From assembly GCA_963817525.1 (NCBI GenBank), contig CAWFOU010000001.1, forward strand, positions 832,001 through 896,000: a DNA stretch of 64,000 nucleotides, written 5' to 3'. Shown here one piece after another: positions 38,512 through 47,818 of this stretch. Made by a program: the position numbers and the translations under genes. The first letter of the stretch is position 1. Each line of letters begins with the position of its first letter. Under the pieces are notes generated by a model. It was not told the origin of the DNA. It worked only from the letters and a program-made list of their open reading frames with translations, and ran no database searches. The stretch is from an uncultured archaeon (lineage in GTDB: Archaea > Thermoproteota > Nitrososphaeria > Nitrososphaerales > Gagatemarchaeaceae).

Positions 38512-40107
38512 ATGGGGCCGTCCCATGCTCCTCGGCCACGGCACGCACTGAACGTGCTCCAAAGCAACACTGAAAGCACGAGCCCGACAGGCCCGGGCTC
38601 TCGGACTCTGAAAGGCTTGGGCTCGCAAATCTCCCTGAGAAGGACCGGGCTGGTGGTCTTCGGCGCCAGGATCGTGAGCATCTTCACGGGCCTGGTCTTC
38701 CTGGTGATGATGACCCGCTCCCTCTCGGCCCAGCAGTTCGGGCTCTACGAGGTCATCACCGACCTCGTGGCCTTCGCGGCCTACCCCGCTGGCCTGGTCG
38801 CATTCTGGGCCACCAGGGACATCGCGCGCGGGAAGATGTTCGGCAAGACCGCGATAGCGCTCAACATCGCCCTCAGCGCATTCGGCATCCTGATCTACGT
38901 CGCCCTATCCTACTTCAGCGCGTCGAGGATCCCCTCAGCCAACCTCGTCACGCTGCTCTTCGCGGTCCTCCTCGTCCCCGTCTCATACTTCAACCAGGCA
39001 GCGAACTCCGTGGTGGCCGGGCACAGGCCCGTGGTGCTGGGGTACGCGGTCATCTTCTCCGAAGCTGCCAAGCTGGCCGTCGCCTTTCCCCTCCTCATCG
39101 TCTACAAGGTCGGGATAGACGGGGTGATCCTCGCCGTGATGGTGGCGAACCTGGCCCAGGGCATCTCGTCGGCCGCGCTGGCCGGCGACGCGACCTCCAG
39201 TCCCGTGAGCATCGAGCAGGGGAGGAGGTGGCTCGCCCACTCGTGGCTCCCCATGCTGACGACCCTCCCGCTCATCCTCAGCGTCGCTGACACATTCATC
39301 GCCTCGCTCACCGACGCCAACACGGTACTGGTGGGGCACTACCAGGCCGCCTTCTCCGTGGCGAGCCTCGCCGGATACTCCCTCTACCTTGCCTCGGCGA
39401 TGTACCCCCTCCTCCTAAAGGGCGGGAGCGACGAGGTGATGTCCATGACGCTCGACCTCGCGCTCGCCTTCGGCATCCCGATGGCGGTCGGTGCGGCCGT
39501 CCTCGCCACGCCGATCCTCCACATCCTCAACCCCACCTACCTCGACGCCAGCACCGCGCTGGGCATCCTCGCCATAGCCGCGCTCGCCAACACGGTCTCC
39601 GCAGTATTCGACCAGACGCTCCTCGGCAAGGACAGGGTGGACGTCGACGAGTCCGCCAAGGTCAAGGACTACCTCAGAAGCAGTATACTCTTCGTCGCCG
39701 CCGTCGACCTCGCCCTCGCCGCCACCTACCTCTTCTCGGTCTACCTGACCGCGACCTACGGGCTCTCCGCGGGGCTCTCCATCGGGTCGACCCTCGACGT
39801 CTGGGCCGGCGCCCAGCTCTCGGTCTTCACCTTCTTCCTCTTCGTGAAGGCTGCGCGAATACGCAAGCTGGGGAAGCTGGCCATACCCCGCTCCGTGGGG
39901 TACTACGTCGTTGGGGCGGGGATAATGGCGTTCGTCCTGGTCCTGCTGGAGCCGTTCATCCTATACCACCAGGGGACGTTCTTCCTCGCGTTCGAGCTTG
40001 TCCTGGTGAGCGGCGTGGGGCTGGCCGCCTACGGGTCGTTCGTCCTAGCTCTCGACAAGAATCTCAGGGACTTTTTCCGGAGGGCGATCAAGGAGGGCTT
40101 CGCCTGA
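38512..40107 (+). CDS. Polysaccharide/oligosaccharide flippase (Wzx/MOP superfamily)
   Basis: About 14 TM helices, RSLSAQQFGLY and VGHYQAA motifs; glycosylation context; start uncertain. Confidence 0.75.
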   Translation: MGPSHAPRPRHALNVLQSNTESTSPTGPGSRTLKGLGSQISLRRTGLVVFGARIVSIFTGLVFLVMMTRSLSAQQFGLYEVITDLVAFAAYPAGLVAFWATRDIARGKMFGKTAIALNIALSAFGILIYVALSYFSASRIPSANLVTLLFAVLLVPVSYFNQAANSVVAGHRPVVLGYAVIFSEAAKLAVAFPLLIVYKVGIDGVILAVMVANLAQGISSAALAGDATSSPVSIEQGRRWLAHSWLPMLTTLPLILSVADTFIASLTDANTVLVGHYQAAFSVASLAGYSLYLASAMYPLLLKGGSDEVMSMTLDLALAFGIPMAVGAAVLATPILHILNPTYLDASTALGILAIAALANTVSAVFDQTLLGKDRVDVDESAKVKDYLRSSILFVAAVDLALAATYLFSVYLTATYGLSAGLSIGSTLDVWAGAQLSVFTFFLFVKAARIRKLGKLAIPRSVGYYVVGAGIMAFVLVLLEPFILYHQGTFFLAFELVLVSGVGLAAYGSFVLALDKNLRDFFRRAIKEGFA

Positions 40108-40414
40108 GCTCCCGCGCGTCCCTCTCAGAGAAGACCTCCTCTATCCCGTAGCGCTGCATTATCGAAGACGCCACGGCTTCCGTGAGGCTGACCTTCTGGT
40201 ATCTCCTCGACCTCTTCAGGGAGCCGGGAGCGGCCTCTTCGACGTGGACGACCGTGACGGACGCGCGAGGCATCCCCAGACCGAGAGCCCTTGCCGCGAC
40301 GCTCACCCTCGCGCAAGGCCTCTTGAGCCAGAGGAGCCTCGCCCTCCCGGCCCGCCTGAGCCTCCTCAGCGGCTCGTCGTCTATGATGAACCTGAAGCGC
40401 ACCACCGACCTCAC
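40088..40414 (-). pseudogene. Degenerate PIN-domain (VapC) remnant
   Basis: C-terminal YQKVSLTEAVASSIMQRYGIEEVFSERD resembles LSFADAVS..LM..EKVREIASFD of the VapC at 41909, but the catalytic aspartates are altered. Confidence 0.5.
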
Positions 40415-40453
40415 CAGTTGAAGAGACTAGCTGCCGCCGCGATATAAGCGCGC

Positions 40454-41551
40454 CTAGCCTTCGACCAGCCGCCTCAGCGAGGCGACCTCCTCTCCGTGCA
40501 GGGCCGTCAACTCGTCCTGCTTTCGCCTGACCCTCGCCGCCCACTCCGCCCTCGCCGGTCCCGAGCAGAGCCGCCCTACTTTCTCCGCGACGTCGTCGAC
40601 CGTGGAGTCCGCATAGAGGAGCGTGTCCCCGAAGAGCTCCTCGACGGCCTCCTCCTTGGACGAGATGACGGGCAGGGAGCTCGCCACGAACTCGAAGAGG
40701 ACGTGGGAGAGCGTGTACGGCTCGTCGGTGATGTTGATCGCAAAGTCCGCGGAGGCCTTCAAGGACTCGTAGACCTCCCTCTTCAGGAAGCCCGCGTACT
40801 TCACGTTGGGCGGGAGGTTCAGCGCCGCGAACCTCCTCTCCAGCTTCTCGGTCGGGCCGCTCACAACGAGCGACACGCCAGCTTCCCTCTCCCTGCCGAC
40901 GGCCGCGGCCTCGACCTCGAGCCTCTCCAGCGGGTGCCCTCCGTGAGAGGAGATGGCGAGGAGCGGCCCCGCGGCCATCTCGCGCCTGAGGGCCTCGTCG
41001 CGCCTCATCTCGTTCTTGGGCACGTAGTCGTGGTAGACCAGGACCCTCCTCGCGCCCATCTTCACCAGCATCCTCCCCCAGAAGCTGTGTGGCGCGGTGT
41101 TGGCGTCAGCCGCCCGCGAGACCACCTGCTCAAGGAACGCTATCCCGCGCGCGAGGGGGCTCCGCCCCGCCAGGGTCTTGACGCTCCAGATGGAGTGGTG
41201 GTCGACGACGAGCCTCGCGCCCGTGAGCCGGCAGTAGAGGAGGCAGGTGAGAGGGCAGAAGATGGGCGGGTTCTGGGCGTAGACCACGCGGGGGCGCTTC
41301 TGGGCCAGGATGAAGAGCGTCCTGAAGAAGAGGGCGAGGTAGCGGACGGGGGCGAAGTACCGAGGGCCGTAGAGCACGGTGATGCTCACTCGCTCGGCAC
41401 CCACCACCTCGGCAAGCTCATCCCCGCGAAATCCGAATGGCACCCAGCACAAGGACTTACCAGTATACTTTCGCAAGGGCTTAGTTCTAACCGGCAGCGT
41501 CTTCACATCTGAAGGCGGTCCATATAAAGGATGAACTCGAGTTCCTCTCAA
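40454..41551 (-). CDS. Glycosyltransferase, GT-B fold (GT4-like)
   Basis: PRVVYAQNPP, LVVDHH, NVKYAGFL, ADFAI...LFEFVASSLPVISS; start uncertain. Confidence 0.82.
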   Translation of the reverse strand: MRGTRVHPLYGPPSDVKTLPVRTKPLRKYTGKSLCWVPFGFRGDELAEVVGAERVSITVLYGPRYFAPVRYLALFFRTLFILAQKRPRVVYAQNPPIFCPLTCLLYCRLTGARLVVDHHSIWSVKTLAGRSPLARGIAFLEQVVSRAADANTAPHSFWGRMLVKMGARRVLVYHDYVPKNEMRRDEALRREMAAGPLLAISSHGGHPLERLEVEAAAVGREREAGVSLVVSGPTEKLERRFAALNLPPNVKYAGFLKREVYESLKASADFAINITDEPYTLSHVLFEFVASSLPVISSKEEAVEELFGDTLLYADSTVDDVAEKVGRLCSGPARAEWAARVRRKQDELTALHGEEVASLRRLVEG

Positions 41552-41654
41552 ACCTAGAGCCAGCCGGGAGCCTATGTCGCCAGTCGGATAGCGGACCTCA
41601 TGATTTCAGACCGGTTCATGGTGCTGCTTAAATACATGGGAGCGCTCTTGAGTC

Positions 41655-41912
41655 ATGAGAACGTTGTCGGAGCAGAGGGCTATCAGGAGCAAGGTTTCGC
41701 CGGGCTTCCAGGTCGCCGTCCCTGCCGAGCTGAGGAAGAGGTTCGGGGTGGGGGTGGGCGACGAGGTCGTATGGATATTAGAGGGGGACCAGGTCAGGGC
41801 GGACTTCAAGAGGAGGCCGAGCCTCGAGAGCATAGTTTCCCTCGGAGCAAGCGGTCTCAAGGGGGCAGACGCCGTAGAGTCGAAGAAGAGGGCGCAGAGG
41901 GGAGAGGACTGA
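41655..41912 (+). CDS. AbrB/MazE/SpoVT-type antitoxin
   Basis: SKVSPGFQVAVPAELRKRFGVGVGDEVVW swapped-hairpin signature. Confidence 0.88.
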   Translation: MRTLSEQRAIRSKVSPGFQVAVPAELRKRFGVGVGDEVVWILEGDQVRADFKRRPSLESIVSLGASGLKGADAVESKKRAQRGED

Positions 41913-42301
41913 TATTTCTGGACTCGTCATTCGTCATAGCCCTCGCGGATGCCGACGACCAGTTCCATGACAAGGCCGTCGCAGCACTTCCGAAGCTCCA
42001 CCCTAGACGCCTCGTCTCCGACCTGGTGATCTCCGAGAGCACCACCGCAGTCGGCGCAAGGCTGGGCGTCAAGGCCGGCCGCGCGGTCTTCGAGAACCTC
42101 CTCTACGACTCATCCACAAAGACCGTATTCGGCGGCAAACGGCTCTACGAACGGGCAGTCCCGATATTCACGAAATATGGCGGACGCCTTTCCTTTGCTG
42201 ACGCGGTGAGCGTGCGGCTGATGTATGACGAGAAGGTCAGGGAGATAGCCTCCTTCGACTCCGACTTTGACCGAGTCGATGGAATGTCTAGGATACCGTA
42301 G
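41909..42301 (+). CDS. vapC: VapC PIN-domain toxin (apparent CTG start)
   Basis: (M)IFLDSSFVIAL..DQFH, VISE, LSFADAVS, IASFDSDF; CTG overlaps the antitoxin TGA. Confidence 0.88.
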   Translation: MIFLDSSFVIALADADDQFHDKAVAALPKLHPRRLVSDLVISESTTAVGARLGVKAGRAVFENLLYDSSTKTVFGGKRLYERAVPIFTKYGGRLSFADAVSVRLMYDEKVREIASFDSDFDRVDGMSRIP

Positions 42302-42345
42302 CGAGCCTCGAGTCTCGCCTCGGGCAGCGGGCAGCCGGCCCGGCG

Positions 42346-43745
42346 CTAGGACCTTCGGAGCGCTTCGACCGCGTTCATCCTCGACGCCCTCCACGCGGGG
42401 ATGAGCCCGCCGAAGCTCCCCACCGCAACCGCGAGGAGTATCGCGAGGAGCACCAGCTCCGGGGTGATCGCCGGGGTTATCGCGAGCGTAGACGAGGTCG
42501 TGGTGGCCGCCGGGGCCGCGAAGGAGAACCCGCCGGCGCCACCGCGCGAGAGGCCGCGCTTGCTGCCGAGGAAGCCGTGCTCGCCACTCTTGCCCCTGCT
42601 CCCCCGCCCCCGAACCCGGGGACCCTCAAGGTCCCGCTGAGCGCCCCTATCACGAGGAATGAAAGCAGGTAGCCCGCGCCCGCGCCGACGAATCCCCCTA
42701 TGAGCCCTGTCACTATGGCCTCGGTGAGGAATACCGCCATTATCCCGTTGCTCGTCGAGCCCAGCGCCTTGAGGACGCCTATCTCCCGCGTCCTCTCGAT
42801 GACCGAGGTGAGCATAGTAGTCATTATGCCGATGAAGGCGACGAGGACCGAGGTCCCCGCGACCGCCTCGAGCAGGGTCGAGGTCCCCGACGTGACGGAC
42901 TGGATGGAAGACAGGAGGGAGCTCACCGAGGTTATCCTGACGTCCGAGCCGTACTCCGCGGTGAGCTCGTTAGTGACCTCCGTGACCGTGTTGGGGTTGG
43001 TCGCTACTACCATGATCCCGGTGAAGCTCGTGCTCTTGAGGATTGACTCGCCCGAGGCGAGAGGGATGAATATCGTCGTATCAGGGGAGATCGTAAAGCC
43101 CTGCCCGAACTGGTCGTAGACGCCGCGGACGACGAAGGAGTGCGAGGTCGAGGCCGACGCCCCGCTCGCCGCGCCCCCGAACCCGATGAACTGGGCCGCC
43201 CCGTTCGCGCCGACGAACGAGAACGACGACGTCCTCCCCAGACCTGAGACGGAGACGACCTGGTTGACGCTGAAGTTGCTAGCCCCAGAGAGGTCCGGGT
43301 AGGCGACGCTGTAGCCTATGGCTGCGCCGACGGTGTCGGTGGAGGTGGGGACGGCCCCCACCCCCAGCTTGAGGGTGGGGAAGACGCTCGAGAGCTGCGA
43401 CAAGTCTAACGCGACGACCGATGCTTGTATGGTGTAGCTCCCGTCCTTGACCTCCCCGTTCGCCTGAATGTAGCCGAGAGCGGCCGAGACCCCCGTCATG
43501 TTCTGGATGAGCGAGACGTCAGAGGCGGTGAGGGTGGTCGTCCTCCCCGTGGGCGCGACGAAGAGCGTGGTCGCCCCCAAGCTGGAGAACTGCGCGGTGC
43601 TCGCGTTGCTGTATCCCTGGGTCGCGCCGACGAGAGCCACGATGGTGGCCGGACCTATCACTATGCCCAGTATGGTCAGCACCGCGCGGAGCTTCCGCTC
43701 CGTGAGCGCGCGCATGGCGTACTTCAGGAGGCCGAGCGGGCGCAT
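42346..43745 (-). CDS. MacB/FtsX-type ABC permease; apparent 1-nt frameshift at ~42545
   Basis: RKLRAVLTILGIVIG, SVIERTREIGVLKALG; the C-terminal GLIPAWRASRMNAVEALRRS* is in the adjacent frame, ending at 42346. Confidence 0.88.
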
Positions 43746-43780
43746 GCTTCGCTACCCCTCCCCGAGGGCCGCGCAGGAGG

Positions 43781-46418
43781 TCAAATCACAGACTGCTCCG
43801 CTCTCTGTTCCTGGGGCATGCTCGCGAGCCTCTTCACCCTGTATCGTCTCGCCATGAACGCACCCACTATGAGGACCGCCGCCACGACGCCGACAACCCC
43901 GTAGGCGATGTCCTTGAGCTCCGAGGTGCTCGTGGAGCCATTGGAGACCGTCGTGGTCGTCGCGCCGGACAGCTCGCTCTGGGTCTCTACCGTCGCGGGC
44001 ACCGTGAACGCCTTGACGTGGCTGGCCCCGAAGGTGTCCATGTAGGTAAGGGTGAGCGCTATCTGGACCGTGGAGCCTGTCGCCCCGCGGCTAGAGTTAC
44101 CCAGGCCAGCAAAGCCTCCAGGGAAGGAGAAGTTGGCGGGAAGGGTGAAGTTCCCTATCCTGGTGAAGTTCCCGCTCCGGCTGAAGCTCCTCGTGCTGGT
44201 CGTGGTGGTGCTCACGCTCCCGCTGTGAGAAGTGGTAGATGTGGTCGTCGTGGCTGCCGCAATGGGGGCGACGAAGGGTATCGTCACGCTGAAGGGCAGC
44301 GGCGTGTTGGGGTCGATCTCCCCGAGGTAGACGGGGGTCGCCGATGTGGTGCCCACCACTCCTGACAACGAGGCGTAGTAGATGGACGCGCCCCCCTCGT
44401 CGAGGATGGACCCGGTCACCGTGAAGCCCGCGGTCGACTGGGAGACGGTCGTGTCCTGGAGGATCAGTATCACGGTCCCCTCGAGGGTGAAGCTCACCGG
44501 AAAGTCCTGGGAGTGGGAGGTCCCGCTGGAGTCTGTGAACGAGACGGTGAGGTCCCCGCTGTAGATCCCGGCCGAGGCGCTCGGGCTGCTGGTCAGCTCC
44601 GCGGTGAACGTCTCGTTCGCCCCGGGGTTGAGCTGCGACTCTGGGGTCGGCGAGCCTATCGAGGCGAGCACGAGCGGCGAGCCAGCCTGGAGCGAGAAAG
44701 TCGGGGAGTAGAGCGTGGCGCTCCCGTCGTTAGTGAGCGTGAAGATCGCCCTCGTGGTGGTCCCGGCGGTCACCGTCGAGTTCTCCTGTGTGACCGACAG
44801 CGGGAAGCTGCTCGTGGTCGCCGACACTATCGGCGCCGGCGAGATGACGCTGCTCAGAGTGAGGCGCGACCGAGTTGGAGGTCGTCCACGAGAGGCCAAG
44901 CGTGAAGTTGTAGCTCGCGGGCTTTATCGTGCTCGCCAGGTCGAGGTCGAAGGTGAGCGATATGACCTGGCCGTCGTCCGCGCTCGCGGCGAAGGCCGTA
45001 GCCGTGGAGTGGCCGTTGAGGTCGGAGAAGCCGGACGGCAGGGAGAGCGTCCCCTCGATGCTGGTCACGCTCTGAGACCCGAGGTATTGCAGGCTCACCA
45101 CGAGGGGGACGTCCGAGCTTCCCGGCTCCGGCGAGATGACGGAAGTCGCAGAGGAGCTGGTCGAGTTCAGGGCCTTTTCCCAGGTCGTGCCCTCGACCTG
45201 GAACGAGGACTGGAGCTGGGCGATGGGCGGCGGCGTGAGGACCGTCGTCTGGGTCGTGCCCGAGGACATGGAGGTCATCCATGTAAGGGAGAGCGTGTAG
45301 TTGTAGCTCCCGGGCTGGACGCTGCTCCCGATGTCCAAGTAGAACGTGAGCTGGACCACACCATACTGGTCGGTCGCCGCGGCGGAGACCGCGGTAGCGC
45401 TGCCCTTCCCGTTGAGGTCGGTGATCCCCGTCGGGAGCTCGACCGTCCCCTGGAGGCTGGTCACTGGGTTGAGGCCCAGGTACTGCAACGTGACGACTAG
45501 GGAGGCGTCCTGCGTGCCCGCCAGGGGCGAGGTCGCGCCCGAGCCCCACAGCGCGCTCACCGTCGTGAACGACGAGGAAGAGGACACGCCGCTGCCGACT
45601 ATGAACTCCAGGTTCTGAGAGAAGGTCTGGCTGTTCTCGTATGGGTCGAGGTACTTGGCGTTGAAAGTGAGCGCGACGCCCTGCCCGCTAAGGGAGGACG
45701 GGACGAAGAAATCTACCGTGCCCGAAACGTTCGAGCCCGCGTCGAGCGACTGGATCGTGGGGATCTGGTCGAGGACCGTGATGGCGCTAGGGGTGGAGAC
45801 CGACAGAGCTAGGTTGCTCGTGTCGCCCTGTCCGGTGTTGGAGAGCGTGAAGGTGACGTTGTTGTCCTCGCCGGCGACGAGGTGGGACGTCGTCGAGGTG
45901 AAGCTGAGCACTGCCGGGCTGCGCAGGCCGACAGGGACAGTCACCGCCTGGGTTATCTGGTCTGACGTGCTGTTGCTTGTGTACATGATCGACATCGGGA
46001 TGTCGTAGGTCGAGCCCGTGGCCGAGGTCGGAGCGGTCGGGCTGATGTTGAGGTAGAAGGTCTCGGTGACGAGGGTGTTCGGCTCGATGGAGCTAGAGGC
46101 TATCACCTCGGGCTGGGTCGTGCCATCGGGCCCCGTGAACACGGTCACCCCGGAGAGGTTGAGCTGGAAGGTCGTCTGCGGGGAGAAGCACGGCCCGGCG
46201 AAGAGGAGAGACACCGTGAGGGGGAAGTTCTGGGCTCCGGGGTAGGCGCTCTCCGGAGCGCTAGCCGTGCCCCAGGTCGCCGCCGTTACGCTGAAGGGGT
46301 CGGTGTTCGCCGTGCACGAGACGCTCGGCGATGCGGAGGCGGGTGAGCCCGTGAAAGCGAGCACCTCCAGCAGGAGCAGCGAGAGGACGGCCAGCGATGC
46401 CCGCGAGTTCTTCTTCAT
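43781..46418 (-). CDS. Large S-layer-domain (COG1361-like) Ig-repeat surface protein with C-terminal anchor; apparent frameshift at ~44864
   Basis: Signal peptide; internal repeats LVV(T/S)LQYLG..VTS..GT..LP.G..DLNG...YNxTL.L.W.TS; continuation in ORF 43781-44899 with a terminal TM helix. Confidence 0.75.
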
Positions 46419-46425
46419 TCTCGTC

Positions 46426-47160
46426 TCAGTTCTCCCTTATGTCCACAATCTGGCCGTCGCGGACGGAGATGACCCTGTGCGCTCGGTCCACCACGTCCGG
46501 GTTGTGCGTGATCACCACTAGCGTCTTGCCGAACACCTCGTTGAGCTGCTTCATCAGGGCCATCATCATCTCGGTGTTCTTCGTGTCGAGATTTCCTGTG
46601 GGCTCGTCCGCGAGCACGATGGTCGGATCGTTGGCGAGCGCCCTCGCGACCGCCACCCTCTGGCGCTGCCCTCCTGAGATGTGGTTGACGTTCTTGTTCG
46701 CCTTTTCGGCGATCCCGAGCCTGGCTAGCAGCGACATCGCCCTCTTCCTTGTGAGCGTCGGGTCCGCCCCTGCTATGAAGAGCGGGAGCTCCACGTTGTC
46801 GAGGACCGACATCCGCGAGAGCAGGTTAAAGTCCTGGAAGACAAAGCCGAGCTTCTTGCTCCGGATCTCCGCGAGCTCCGCGTTCGGGAGCATGGAGACG
46901 TCGACCCCGTCGATGAACACCTTGCCAGAAGTCGCCCTGTCGAGGCACCCCAGGATGTTAAGGAGCGTCGTCTTGCCGCAGCCGGATGGGCCGATTATCG
47001 CGACGAACTCGCCCTTCTCGACGGCAAAGTCCAACCCCTGCAGCGCGTAGACCGCGTCCTCCCCCGCGCCATACCTCTTCTTCAGGCCGACGACCTTGAT
47101 CGCGTACTCCTGTTCGGACGCTCTAACCGGGGCCTGGAGGACCGCAGAAGAGCCGCTCAT
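46426..47160 (-). CDS. LolD/MacB-type ABC ATP-binding protein
   Basis: GPSGCGKT, GFVFQDFNL, ISGGQRQRVAVARAL, LADEPTGNLD, ITHN. Confidence 0.93.
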   Translation of the reverse strand: MSGSSAVLQAPVRASEQEYAIKVVGLKKRYGAGEDAVYALQGLDFAVEKGEFVAIIGPSGCGKTTLLNILGCLDRATSGKVFIDGVDVSMLPNAELAEIRSKKLGFVFQDFNLLSRMSVLDNVELPLFIAGADPTLTRKRAMSLLARLGIAEKANKNVNHISGGQRQRVAVARALANDPTIVLADEPTGNLDTKNTEMMMALMKQLNEVFGKTLVVITHNPDVVDRAHRVISVRDGQIVDIREN

Positions 47161-47531
47161 TTCTTCTTCTCCCCTACCGTCGTGTCAGCCTGGGCAGCGA
47201 GGGTCGGGCTGGGGGTCGGCTGCGTGACCTCAGGCTCCGGCGCTGCGGCGACGGTCGAGACCGCCCCCGGGACGTCCGTGATGAGCGAAAAAAGCTCCAA
47301 TACCGCCCCGACCGCGATGAGCCCGAACCCGACGAGGGACTCGATGGTGCTCGTGTTGCTGGTGGTCGACGACGCGGAGGACCCGATGGCGAACCGGAAG
47401 GCGGAGGCTGGCGTCGCCGCCGAGGACGAGGTCGTGCCCTTTGTTATCAGGGTATAGAGGGGGCTGGAGGGCAGGAGCAGCAACAGTCCGGCCAAGATCA
47501 CCAGTATGCTGATTACGGCTAGGCGACGCAA
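47157..47531 (-). CDS. Hypothetical membrane protein (2 TM), first gene of the exporter operon
   Basis: Two hydrophobic helices with an S/T-rich loop; stop overlaps the ATPase start (ATGA). Confidence 0.65.
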   Translation of the reverse strand: MRRLAVISILVILAGLLLLLPSSPLYTLITKGTTSSSAATPASAFRFAIGSSASSTTSNTSTIESLVGFGLIAVGAVLELFSLITDVPGAVSTVAAAPEPEVTQPTPSPTLAAQADTTVGEKKK

Positions 47532-47818
47532 ACCTATCGAGACCTCCGAGTCGAGGTCAGGTTATAGCGCTTTTCCTGAATGGTTCCCAAATCCTTAGTA
47601 AATCTCCCCACGCTCCGCTCTCCTTGCCCTGATGATGGTTTCGGGGCAGCGGACATTAAAGAATCTTAGGTATCCGGCCTCTGCTTCCCCCGCTACGGCG
47701 AGGCGCGACGACCCCTCACTCCCGGGCCCTAGGAATTCTAGTCTTCGAATCCGGCCTCGACGGGGCGCTGTCCGCCACGATAGCTTAAGAACAGACGGGC
47801 ATGGCTTTCGCGTCGGCA

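Noticed and set aside
41600-41908. N-terminal extension of the 233-aa VapC ORF
   Set aside because: It overlaps the AbrB antitoxin in another frame and has shadow-like composition; the PIN domain starts at 41909.
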